Shown here piece by piece: positions 47,369 through 56,135 of a DNA stretch of 64,000 nucleotides (positions are counted from its first letter, which is position 1; the number at the start of each line of letters is the position of its first letter). Made by a program: the position numbers and the translations under genes. The notes under the pieces are model-generated. The model had not been told where the DNA came from, made no database searches, and saw nothing but the letters and a program-made list of their open reading frames with translations. The stretch comes from Candidatus Peribacteria bacterium (GTDB lineage: Bacteria > Patescibacteriota > Gracilibacteria > Peribacterales > Peribacteraceae): contig JBEPVF010000002.1 of assembly GCA_041691135.1 (NCBI GenBank), positions 32,001 to 96,000 on the forward strand. The letters are read 5' to 3'.

Positions 47369-50300
47369 TTATGTTTTCGATTTTTTATCCTGACTGAATG
47401 ATGGATGATCGCCAAAAATTGCACGCCCGAGTAATTGACGTGGTTCCCGACAATCTATCGGATCTCCTTCTATTCCAAATAATCTCGCAAGGGCAGTTAA
47501 ACCTGACCCTATTTGAGCAAAATTTAATCCTTTACGTTCTATCTTAGAAAGCTGCGACCAACTCTCAGGTGTGTACCTCTCTTGAATTAATAATCGAACA
47601 CGCTCACGCTCCTTATCTTCAGGATCTCCATAGTTTTCAGGCCAGATAGCCCTGCCTAATTGATGACGAGCGACTGTACTTTTAGCGTGACCTTCTATAT
47701 TAAATAGTGTTGCAATTGCAGCTAATCCAAATTCTGTTCCCGCAAAATTAATACCTTGTCGATCTTCATTATCAATTTTCGCCCAACTCTCAGGTGTGTA
47801 CCTCTCTTGAATTAATAATCGAACGCGCTCACGCTCCTTATCTTCAGGATCTCCATAATTTTCAGGCCAGATAGCTTTACCTAACTGATGATGAACAACT
47901 GCATGTTTAACCGGGTCTCCCTCTAGCTTAAAGAGAGTCGCAATACCTACAATGCCAAATCCTGTTCCCGCAAAATTAGCACCCTCGCGATCTTTTGACT
48001 TCAACTGCGACCAACTCTCAGGTGTGTACCTCTCTTGAATTAATAATCGAACACGCTCACGCTCCTTATCTTCAGGATCTCCATAGTTTTCAGGCCAGAT
48101 AGCCCTGCCTAATTGATGACGAGCGACTGTACTTTTAGCGTGACCTTCTATATTAAATAGTGTTGCAATTGCAGCTAATCCAAATTCTGTTCCCGCAAAA
48201 TTAATACCTTGTCGATCTTCATTATCAATTTTCGCCCAACTCTCAGGTGTGTACCTCTCTTGAATTAATAATCGAACGCGCTCACGCTCCTTATCTTCAG
48301 GATCTCCATAATTTTCAGGCCAGATAGCTTTACCTAACTGATGGTGTGCTGCTGTACTCGCATGTGGATTACCATCTACATTAAAAAGGCTAGCAATAGC
48401 ATATATACCTTTACCTGTATTGCAAAAATTAGCACCCAAACGATCATCTTTAGGAATTTTTGACCAACTCTCAGGCGTGTACTTCTCTCTAATTAATGAG
48501 CGAACGCGCTCCCGCTTCTTACTCTCAGGATTTCCATAATTTTCTCCCCAGATAGCCTCACCCAATTGATGGTGTGCCGCTGTGATCGCACAAGGATTAC
48601 CATCTATATTAAAAAGGCTAGCAATAGAACGTAAACCTATTCCACTTCCTGCAAAGTCTGAGCCAGCACGATCTTTTGCCTTTAAGTTGGCCCAAATATC
48701 AGGCGTGTAAGCCGCCTTAATTAAGGCTATCACTTCTTCTTTTGTCTTTGGCCGATCAACGCATACAGTGCTCCCATCCGCCATCGTACAAATTGCCTCA
48801 GGATCTTCTCCATTAAAATCCAACGCATCCGCAAATCGCATCGGTTTCCGTCCACGTTTCGCATTCTTCTTTAGGGTCCAATTAGTCTCGAACACAAGGC
48901 AGTCCTCTTTCACACGCCCTTCCTCATCCGTGTAGCTTCTCGCTCCTCGTCCAACATACTGAATCGTTTTTGCTGCGCTCGTGATGCGACCAGAAATGAT
49001 GGCATTAATCTCTTCTCTATTGAAGCCAGTCGCCAGCTTCTCAACACTTACAATGAGATCAATGTCTCCACGACTGAGTGCATCCACTGCTTCGTTAATA
49101 ACAGCCTGTCCTGCTCTTCCCTTTGCCTCTTTGCCAGTGACAATACAACATTTCAGCCCATGGGCTTCCGCCTCTGTAACAAACTTTTCGCACTCAGCAT
49201 GGTTCGTGAAGAATCCCATGCCGCGCAGTGGCATTCGATGTTTCATTTTCTTCTGCGTATGGCTATAGGTTTGCAGAACCTCTGCATATTCTCCCGCCAG
49301 TTTCCCATAGATTCCTTCGCGCTCAAGAATTGCTGCTTCTTTTTCTTCACTTAGGTACCCGCTCAGTTCTCCCTCATACACGGAGCCATCGCATTGAATG
49401 ATCTTAAAGGGAACAACAAGACCCGCTTCTACCATTTCTCGGTGATACACTCTTCCGAGGAAGTGCGGAAAGAATTGCCTAACCGCTTTCTTCGATCCGC
49501 GTGGCGTCGCAGTCCAAGCTATTTTCAATGACTTCACTCCCGTTTGCTCAGCCAGATGCGTAAGAGTTTCCCTTTCTGCTTCTATCATTTCCCTCTCCTC
49601 TTCAGCATCACCATTCTGCGGAGCATCGATTTCGGTGATACTCTCCTGCATGCGCTCGCCGAGCGCCTGATGATGCACCTCATCGCAGTTCACCAGCTTG
49701 CATTGTGTTTTGATGAACGTGGCGTACTCACCACCCTTGCGCATGAGCGCTGAATGTCCAGCGTAAGTGGCAATCGTGTGCTTACGTCCAATTTCCTTTG
49801 TGCCTCCACCAACAATGCCAATCTGATTTTCTGGGATACCGCCGATTTTCATCATGTCTTTTTTCGTCTGATCGAGCAGGTTATCAAACGGAACAAGCGT
49901 TAGTGTGGGCACATCCATCAAGGCAATATCAATGGCGAATGCGCCGGTCTTGCCAGCACCTGTGGGCTGCACTTCATAGGTCATCAATGAACGATCTATG
50001 TCATGGAGTGCGGGGCCATCTTCTTCAGTATCGACTGGTTGTCCTCTGCCTGTTTCCAGAAAAGTAATCAAATGTTCCAAATGAGCATCTTGGTTAATGC
50101 GCATCTGCATACCTTTACGTTTCAAGCTACCTTGGAACCCACGCCAGTTCATTTTGATATTCCGAATAAGCTCAAGACGAAGTTGTAGCCTCTCAATATT
50201 TTCTCGCACATTCTTCATCTCGGGTGTTTCTTCTAGCGTCTCTTTCGCTCGTTTGCGCGTCGTTCCTCGATGTGTATCGATAAGTGCCAGTCGGTTTTGT

Positions 50301-50374
50301 TCGGCCTGCTCAATCTCTTGGCTGACAATTTTCTCTGCCTGCGTAATTTTCTTGAAGAGACTGTCTGGCGGCAT
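47369..50374 (-). CDS. SF2 DExH helicase (ResIII-like) with six C-terminal 75/76-aa repeats
   Basis: QPTGAGKT, DEVHH, TATP, QYVGRGAR; repeat core YTPESW...NF.G...G..AIA.LF..EG....HQLG.AIW. Confidence 0.9.
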   Translation of the reverse strand: MPPDSLFKKITQAEKIVSQEIEQAEQNRLALIDTHRGTTRKRAKETLEETPEMKNVRENIERLQLRLELIRNIKMNWRGFQGSLKRKGMQMRINQDAHLEHLITFLETGRGQPVDTEEDGPALHDIDRSLMTYEVQPTGAGKTGAFAIDIALMDVPTLTLVPFDNLLDQTKKDMMKIGGIPENQIGIVGGGTKEIGRKHTIATYAGHSALMRKGGEYATFIKTQCKLVNCDEVHHQALGERMQESITEIDAPQNGDAEEEREMIEAERETLTHLAEQTGVKSLKIAWTATPRGSKKAVRQFFPHFLGRVYHREMVEAGLVVPFKIIQCDGSVYEGELSGYLSEEKEAAILEREGIYGKLAGEYAEVLQTYSHTQKKMKHRMPLRGMGFFTNHAECEKFVTEAEAHGLKCCIVTGKEAKGRAGQAVINEAVDALSRGDIDLIVSVEKLATGFNREEINAIISGRITSAAKTIQYVGRGARSYTDEEGRVKEDCLVFETNWTLKKNAKRGRKPMRFADALDFNGEDPEAICTMADGSTVCVDRPKTKEEVIALIKAAYTPDIWANLKAKDRAGSDFAGSGIGLRSIASLFNIDGNPCAITAAHHQLGEAIWGENYGNPESKKRERVRSLIREKYTPESWSKIPKDDRLGANFCNTGKGIYAIASLFNVDGNPHASTAAHHQLGKAIWPENYGDPEDKERERVRLLIQERYTPESWAKIDNEDRQGINFAGTEFGLAAIATLFNIEGHAKSTVARHQLGRAIWPENYGDPEDKERERVRLLIQERYTPESWSQLKSKDREGANFAGTGFGIVGIATLFKLEGDPVKHAVVHHQLGKAIWPENYGDPEDKERERVRLLIQERYTPESWAKIDNEDRQGINFAGTEFGLAAIATLFNIEGHAKSTVARHQLGRAIWPENYGDPEDKERERVRLLIQERYTPESWSQLSKIERKGLNFAQIGSGLTALARLFGIEGDPIDCREPRQLLGRAIFGDHPSFSQDKKSKT
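47400..48740 (-). repeat. Coding tandem repeat with 225/228-bp units
   Basis: CCAACTCTCAGG recurs at 47558, 47783, 48011, 48236, 48464; about 340 bp duplicated at a 453-bp offset. Confidence 0.92.
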
Positions 50375-50409
50375 AACGTATATTATTGTTTATTTTGGAT
50401 TATTGTCAA

Positions 50410-50484
50410 TGGCTGGGGAGGAGGGATTCGAACCCCCGAATGCCTGCTCCAGAGGCAGGTGCCTTACCACTTGGCTACTCCCCA
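50410..50484 (-). tRNA. tRNA-Gln (anticodon CUG)
   Basis: TGGGGAGTAGCCAAGTGGTAAGGCA CCTGC CT-CTG-GA GCAGG ... GGTTCGAATCC ... CCCCAGCCA. Confidence 0.96.
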
Positions 50485-50656
50485 TTATGACCGAGACTAC
50501 AGTGGAGGAATGACTGAAACCTTTCTACTTGCCGGCCGAAGCTGGAAGCGAAGGCTGGGCTACTCCCCAATGTACGACGATGCTACCACATCAGCTGATG
50601 CGGGAGCAGATTATTGATGATACGAAGCGAAATGCCAAGTCCCAAAATGGCTCTTC

Positions 50657-51016
50657 CTAGTCATCCCCTCTCTGTTCGTCTTCGTATTGCCCTTGCTGCC
50701 CTGCCTGATCTTGTTGCTGGCTCTGTTCTAATACAGCCTCGACCGTCGGCTTGGCATTGGAGGTCAGAATATTCTGTCGCAAGTTCTCTTCGCGCGTTTC
50801 GGTTTTGAAGGCTTCGGACTGCCGTTTCGTCTCTTGATCCTTCTTCCCCTGGTCCTGCACGAGGTTCTTCAAAATCGAGAGCATCAGCTTACTCAGGCTC
50901 TTCTTTTCGACTTTCTTGGCCAACTTCTCCTTCTTTTCCTGCTTACGATGGTCCGCCCGCTCGACCGATCGGGCAGTACTCAGGGATTCCGATAGATTGT
51001 CATCATCCCATGCCAT
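50657..51016 (-). CDS. Hypothetical highly charged protein between the two tRNAs
   Basis: 119-aa K/E/Q-rich ORF starting MAWDDDNL. Confidence 0.55.
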   Translation of the reverse strand: MAWDDDNLSESLSTARSVERADHRKQEKKEKLAKKVEKKSLSKLMLSILKNLVQDQGKKDQETKRQSEAFKTETREENLRQNILTSNAKPTVEAVLEQSQQQDQAGQQGQYEDEQRGDD

Positions 51017-51098
51017 AGCGTCTGATTGTACTCCTGAGGGCAATTATGGGCGAATGCTCTTCTTTATTACTATTGCATACTACATACTTCCCTTATCT

Positions 51099-51175
51099 GC
51101 CTCTGTAGCTCAGTTGGATAGAGCGCCTGGCTTCGAACCAGGAGGTCGTGGGTTCAATTCCTGCCGGAGGCACCA
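51099..51175 (+). tRNA. tRNA-Arg (anticodon UCG)
   Basis: GCCTCTGTAGCTCAGTTGGATAGAGC G CCTGG CT-TCG-AA CCAGG ... GGTTCAATTCC ... CGGAGGCACCA. Confidence 0.96.
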
Positions 51176-51711
51176 CGTAAAATCGCGCGCAGCGAAGCGG
51201 GCAGCAGATTTTATGTGCCACGTACAGCGCAGCTGTTTTACGTGGCTGCGCACGATCACGTGGCGCAGCCATAAGATATAAATAGTTTATCTTGAACGTA
51301 ACGAAGTGAAGCCGAAGAATGTCGTTTGAGCGCTTAGCACTTTTACGCGACCTCCAAGATTAACCTGACTCTTACCAGTCAAACGCCAAACAATCCCCTT
51401 TAAGCCGTTATATAGTCTATTGACAATATTTGCTATATTTAACAAATTATTGTATTATATACATATACTTTTCCTGCTTCTCGCATAAAAACACTCGTGG
51501 GAAGTGCCCTCCGCGCGCTGGCAAATCGTTCTATCGTGCCACCAAAAGACTCCAAAGCAGATACTCTTGAAAAAGACCCTGTCGTAATAAAAAACTAAAG
51601 GTAATTCCTTGGGCAATCGAATTTGTTTCGAATTTCGTCCTCGTGTTTATAATTTTTCCTGAAGATATAAATTCCTTGCCTCAAGCCTGCACGGATGTTA
51701 CGTTTTGCCCG

Positions 51712-51844
51712 ATGAATACTGCTTACATCCTCAACTGCTCGCCTTGCTCCTCCAGCTCATCTTGTGAGCGGGAACCAAGGTAGTCACACGCAGACGAGAC
51801 GACCTTTGCAACCCTCACAAGCACGCGAGGGTTATTTTTATTTT
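51712..51844 (+). promoter_or_regulatory. Putative leader-peptide attenuator
   Basis: uORF MNTAYILNCSPCSSSSSCEREPR* (51712-51783); terminator AACCCTC/GAGGGTT plus T-tract; antiterminator CTTGTGAG/CTCACAAG. Confidence 0.65.
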
Positions 51845-51858
51845 GTTACTTCTCTCTC

Positions 51859-52209
51859 ATGATTACTTTTCCACCTCCACAGGACACTCCCCAGGAACAA
51901 ACAGCGCCCGATCCTCCTGCTCCACACGAGAAGGCGATGGTCGGATCATTGCAAGTCGGCTTTAATGAACAATGTTACTGGGCATGGACTATCGGAATGG
52001 CTCTGGCACCCAATGGCGAACGACGGGCCAGTGAATTCATTGTTGTTCCGCGCACGCCGCTGTCGAGATTGAATGCTGCGGATGTTCAATGGCCGCATGA
52101 GAAAGATGTGCGCGCCAGAGTACTTGCACTCATCGCGCAGCAAACGAATCAAAGTGCAACGAATGACGGAACGATCGACGTGCCTCTCGCTGTCCCCGTT
52201 TTTACATGA
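51859..52209 (+). CDS. Hypothetical protein
   Basis: 116-aa ORF after the attenuator, with a CU-rich leader. Confidence 0.55.
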   Translation: MITFPPPQDTPQEQTAPDPPAPHEKAMVGSLQVGFNEQCYWAWTIGMALAPNGERRASEFIVVPRTPLSRLNAADVQWPHEKDVRARVLALIAQQTNQSATNDGTIDVPLAVPVFT

Positions 52210-52271
52210 ACGAGAAGGTATTGCGAATTTTTAGTCAGAGAGGAATATACATTGCACTTTCCCCATTCTCC

Positions 52272-52823
52272 ATGAAACTTCGGCTCCCCCTTTTAATCGG
52301 CGCACTCGCCTTCATCGCCACGCCCGCGTTCGCGGCCACACTCATGAGTGGTGATAATGTCTCGCTCAAAAATCCGGTGAACGACGATCTGTATATGGCG
52401 GGCAGTTCACTGTCCATCAATAAAGATATCAACGGCGACGTGGCTGGCCAAGTACGGGCCGAGCCGTGGTGGAATCTCTTCTACGGATTTGTATACCTCG
52501 TCCTCACTCCCTTTATCGGCATGCTCTTGATGGTGACGATCTTCGGCTTGCCGCTGGGAGTACTGACTCTGGTGCTCTACGTCTTCTCGATTATCTTCCT
52601 GGCACCGGTCACGGCACTCGTGCTGACGAAACTGACGCAGGATTACTACAAGACCAAGTGGGGCAAAGGCATGGTGTTCCTGATCAGCATCGGCTTCTAC
52701 ATTGTCCTGAAGCTCCTCAACCTGGTGCCGGTTATCGGCTGGGTTGCCAAACTCCTCCTATACGCCGTCGTATTGGGCGCACTGTGCGTGACGAAGACGA
52801 AGAAGATGCAGAAAATTCTGTAA
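52272..52823 (+). CDS. Secreted beta-solenoid/membrane protein, apparently internally deleted
   Basis: Signal peptide, DDLYMAG..INGDV joined directly to PWW...TIFGLPLG...VPVIGW membrane domain. Confidence 0.6.
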   Translation: MKLRLPLLIGALAFIATPAFAATLMSGDNVSLKNPVNDDLYMAGSSLSINKDINGDVAGQVRAEPWWNLFYGFVYLVLTPFIGMLLMVTIFGLPLGVLTLVLYVFSIIFLAPVTALVLTKLTQDYYKTKWGKGMVFLISIGFYIVLKLLNLVPVIGWVAKLLLYAVVLGALCVTKTKKMQKIL

Positions 52824-52866
52824 TGCTGCATACAACGACCCCTGTAGAGATGTCATCATGGCGTCT

Positions 52867-53955
52867 CTACAGGGACGTTAATAATCGTCGATTGATTTCC
52901 ACGTGCTGCAACAAAGATTCGATGGATACCCATTCCTCTGCGCTGTGCAGTCCTCCGCCGCGCGGACCGTAGATGAAGGCGGGTACACCGTACGCATCAA
53001 AGTAACGCGCATCCGTTGTGCCATGCTCCCTGCCGATGTCGACGGTGTGACCCAGCACTTCTTCGGAAATATGTTTGACCCTCTGCACCATCGGATGCTG
53101 CGCTTCCATGAAGAGCGGATCGGCAAGACGTACGACTTGAAGCCGGCAACCTGTCGGCAATACCGCTGCCACACGGTTCAGCGCCTCTTTCGTAGTGGCA
53201 CAGACGGATTTAGGAAAACGAATGTCGAGCGTGCAGCTGGCGACGTCTGCCACCTGATTCGGTGCATCGCTCGCATGGAGCTGCGTGGGCGTGATAGTCA
53301 TCTGCCAGTCGTCAGCCGTACCGGCCGGAAATTCTACATGCAGCTTCTGCAGTGCATCGGCAAGGAGTGGAATGGGATTCTTGCTCTGCCATGGTGACGC
53401 CCCGTGACCGCTGCGTCCTTGTGCCTGGAGCTCGGCCCATACGACGCCTTTATGTTCAGTGATGATGTCGGGCGCACTGCCGGAGTCGGGTGTGTACCCT
53501 ACGGGAATGTTGGCGAACAAACCTTTATCGAACAACATGGGAATAGTCGTGCCGCCGATTTCCTCGTCACTCGTCAGCAGAATGCTCACCGGTGGAAATT
53601 TCCGTGTGGCGCGCACAAATTCGCGATACGCAAGCAACAGCGTCAGTGTTGCGCCCTTCATGTCTTTCACTCCGCGACCCCATGCCGTATCGCCGTCTAC
53701 GCGCAATGCGTACTGCGTCTCGTTGGCCGGAACAACATCGAAGTGTGCAAACCACAACAATGCCGGCGATGGATGCGCCAAAAAAAGATACGGCGCACCC
53801 TGATGTTCGCCCCGATGAACAGGAAGCATGACATCATGGAAAAAATTTTCCTCGATCCATTGCAGACACTGTTTCTTCTGATCGCTCTGAGATGCGACTG
53901 ACTTGAATGCAATGAACTGCTCAAGGTATGACAAAAATTCTTCGTGCATGTGCAT
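52867..53955 (-). CDS. M20 family metallopeptidase (ArgE/DapE-like)
   Basis: HFDVVP, GRGVKDMKG, DEEIG, GHGASP, TDARYF, GLHSAEE. Confidence 0.93.
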   Translation of the reverse strand: MHMHEEFLSYLEQFIAFKSVASQSDQKKQCLQWIEENFFHDVMLPVHRGEHQGAPYLFLAHPSPALLWFAHFDVVPANETQYALRVDGDTAWGRGVKDMKGATLTLLLAYREFVRATRKFPPVSILLTSDEEIGGTTIPMLFDKGLFANIPVGYTPDSGSAPDIITEHKGVVWAELQAQGRSGHGASPWQSKNPIPLLADALQKLHVEFPAGTADDWQMTITPTQLHASDAPNQVADVASCTLDIRFPKSVCATTKEALNRVAAVLPTGCRLQVVRLADPLFMEAQHPMVQRVKHISEEVLGHTVDIGREHGTTDARYFDAYGVPAFIYGPRGGGLHSAEEWVSIESLLQHVEINRRLLTSL

Positions 53956-54080
53956 AGTGTAGTGACAGCACATCAGACGCGTGAAGGCGGAATTTATGAC
54001 ATCAAGTTTTTGGCTTTCCTTAGCAAAAAAATAACGCCGTCACTCCTGAGAGAAACGACGTTACCTTTCAAAAGAAACGA

Positions 54081-54167
54081 CTACCTTTTTTTCTTTTTCG
54101 TCGTTTTCTTCTTTTTAGAAGCAGCCTTTTTCTTAGGAGCTGCCTTCTTCTTTTTCTTAGCGGCCAT
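54081..54167 (-). CDS. 28-aa lysine-rich (histone H1-like) peptide
   Basis: MAAKKKKKAAPKKKAASKKKKTTKKKKR; CU-rich leader, AT-rich upstream region, hairpin at about 54031-54063 downstream. Confidence 0.7.
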   Translation of the reverse strand: MAAKKKKKAAPKKKAASKKKKTTKKKKR

Positions 54168-54449
54168 GGTAGAAGAGGGGAAATAAAAATTAAACTTCTG
54201 AAAATGTACGACGTTCGCAAAAAAAATGCGAGCACTTCGTGCAGCACTAAATAGAAATTGTGATGATGTTATTGATCGAGGAATTTTTTTCAAAAAAGTT
54301 TTTCATCACATTGTTGATGATGTGTGAAGTGCAGGACGAGAAAAAGTGACGTGAAATTTTTTTGTAATAAATTTTTTTCCGATCATTTATTGAAAATTTT
54401 ATTTCAACAGAATGAATTTTTTCTCTTCACTTTCCTCTCCACTACACCC

Positions 54450-54713
54450 AGGCGGCCCTACGCCGCCTAACTTCTTCGCACGCTCACAATTCCAGGCAAA
54501 CACCCCTCCGCCTATGTGGTGGGGATGAGTGGGTACGAATGTTGGTGGAGCATGCCGTAGGCGCTCCGCCGATATGAGGTGGGTCATAGGCGGTGCGCTT
54601 CTTTTTGGTTCTTTTTCTTGTCGCGGGGAGTCAAGAAAAAGAACACCAGTGGTGACTGGGAAGGTTGGTGCAGGAAAATATCTCAGACACCGCAGCCGGG
54701 GACGGCTGCTGCT
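54450..54713 (+). repeat. 264-bp structured repeat, copy 2
   Basis: Colinear with 9543-9806. Confidence 0.88.
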
Positions 54714-54861
54714 ACGGGTGAATGCCCAACATCCGCGGGTAGAAAACCCTCTCCCCTAGAGAAAATTGAGATAAGGAATATTGAGACAAGAAATGATGAA
54801 GGCATAGAACACAACCGCGCCAAGAGATGGCGCTCTCTAGGAGGAATAGAGAATCATTGAA

Positions 54862-56070
54862 CTACACGTGCCGCAATAAATGACCCATCTTCTCTTTCTT
54901 GGTCTTCATATACTTCCGCTGTCGATCCGACTTCGGTGCCAACTCGATTGGAATCTGCTCGGTCACTTCCAATCCATATCCCTGCAAGGCTACCATTTTC
55001 TTAGGATTATTGGTGAGCAATCGCATACGGCCGACGCCGACGTCTTTTAATATTTGCGCGCCAATACCGTACTCCCGCAGATCCTCCGGCAAACCCAATT
55101 GCTCATTAGCCTCCACTGTATCCAATCCGGTGTCTTGCAAGGCATAGGCTTTGATCTTGTTGGCGAGTCCGATACCACGTCCTTCCTGGCGCAGGTAGAG
55201 CAAGACGCCTCTTCCTTCCTTGGCAATTCGGCTCATTGCCTCGTGGAGTTGTTCGCCGCAATCACAGTAGTGAGACGCAAAGACGTCGCCGGTAAGGCAT
55301 TCGGAATGCACGCGAACCAACACCGGATCCTCGGGATTGAATGTTCCCTTCACCAGGGCAACATGATCTCTTCCCCCTACCGTATCGCCGTACACGCGAA
55401 TCTTCCACGGACCAGTATCGGTGTCGATATTCGATTCGGCCTCCAAACGGATGTATGACTCATGCTTGCGGCGCCAGGCAATAAGATCGGCGATCGAAAT
55501 GATCGGCATGGCATGTTCCTGGGCGAACTCCATGAGCGCGGGTAACCGCATCATCGTTCCATTGTCGTGCATAAGTTCGCTGAGCACACCTGCGGGACGC
55601 AGACCCGCCAACTTGCACAAATCAATCGTCGCCTCGGTATGTCCGGTACGGACGAGAACACCGCCATCCTGTGCTCGCAACGGAAAGACATGTCCCGGAC
55701 GGCGTAAATCTTCGGGGGTTGCTGCCGGATTGATCGCCGCCAAAATCGTTCGTGCGCGATCGTGCGCCGAAATACCAGTCGTTACCCCTTCAGTCGCTTC
55801 GATACTGACAGTGAAGGCGGTACCGAATTTGGAGTTGTTGTGAGACAACATCGGCGGCAGTGCCAGTTGGTCGGCAACCTCGTTGCTTAAGGGCATGCAT
55901 ACCACACCACCCGTGTAGCGGATCATGAATGCCATTTTTTCTTCGGTGATGAACTCAGCAGCCAGAACCAGATCGCCTTCGTTCTCACGATTTTCATCAT
56001 CCACCACGATCACGAATTTTCCTTCTCGCATCGTATCGATGGCCTCGGCTACGGAAGAGAGTTCTGACAT
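54862..56070 (-). CDS. ribBA: Bifunctional DHBP synthase / GTP cyclohydrolase II
   Basis: [22 protein letters not shown]; [28 protein letters not shown]. Confidence 0.98.
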   Translation of the reverse strand: MSELSSVAEAIDTMREGKFVIVVDDENRENEGDLVLAAEFITEEKMAFMIRYTGGVVCMPLSNEVADQLALPPMLSHNNSKFGTAFTVSIEATEGVTTGISAHDRARTILAAINPAATPEDLRRPGHVFPLRAQDGGVLVRTGHTEATIDLCKLAGLRPAGVLSELMHDNGTMMRLPALMEFAQEHAMPIISIADLIAWRRKHESYIRLEAESNIDTDTGPWKIRVYGDTVGGRDHVALVKGTFNPEDPVLVRVHSECLTGDVFASHYCDCGEQLHEAMSRIAKEGRGVLLYLRQEGRGIGLANKIKAYALQDTGLDTVEANEQLGLPEDLREYGIGAQILKDVGVGRMRLLTNNPKKMVALQGYGLEVTEQIPIELAPKSDRQRKYMKTKKEKMGHLLRHV

Positions 56071-56135
56071 AGAGTGTCAGCCTAGCACAGCCAACGGAGA
56101 TTTTGTAGGCAGGGAAACTGTATCTTTTTCAATAC

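Noticed and set aside
47400-48740. CRISPR array or DGR VR/TR pair
   Set aside because: Repeats are in-frame 225/228-bp coding units without unique spacers or A-specific differences; no cas genes
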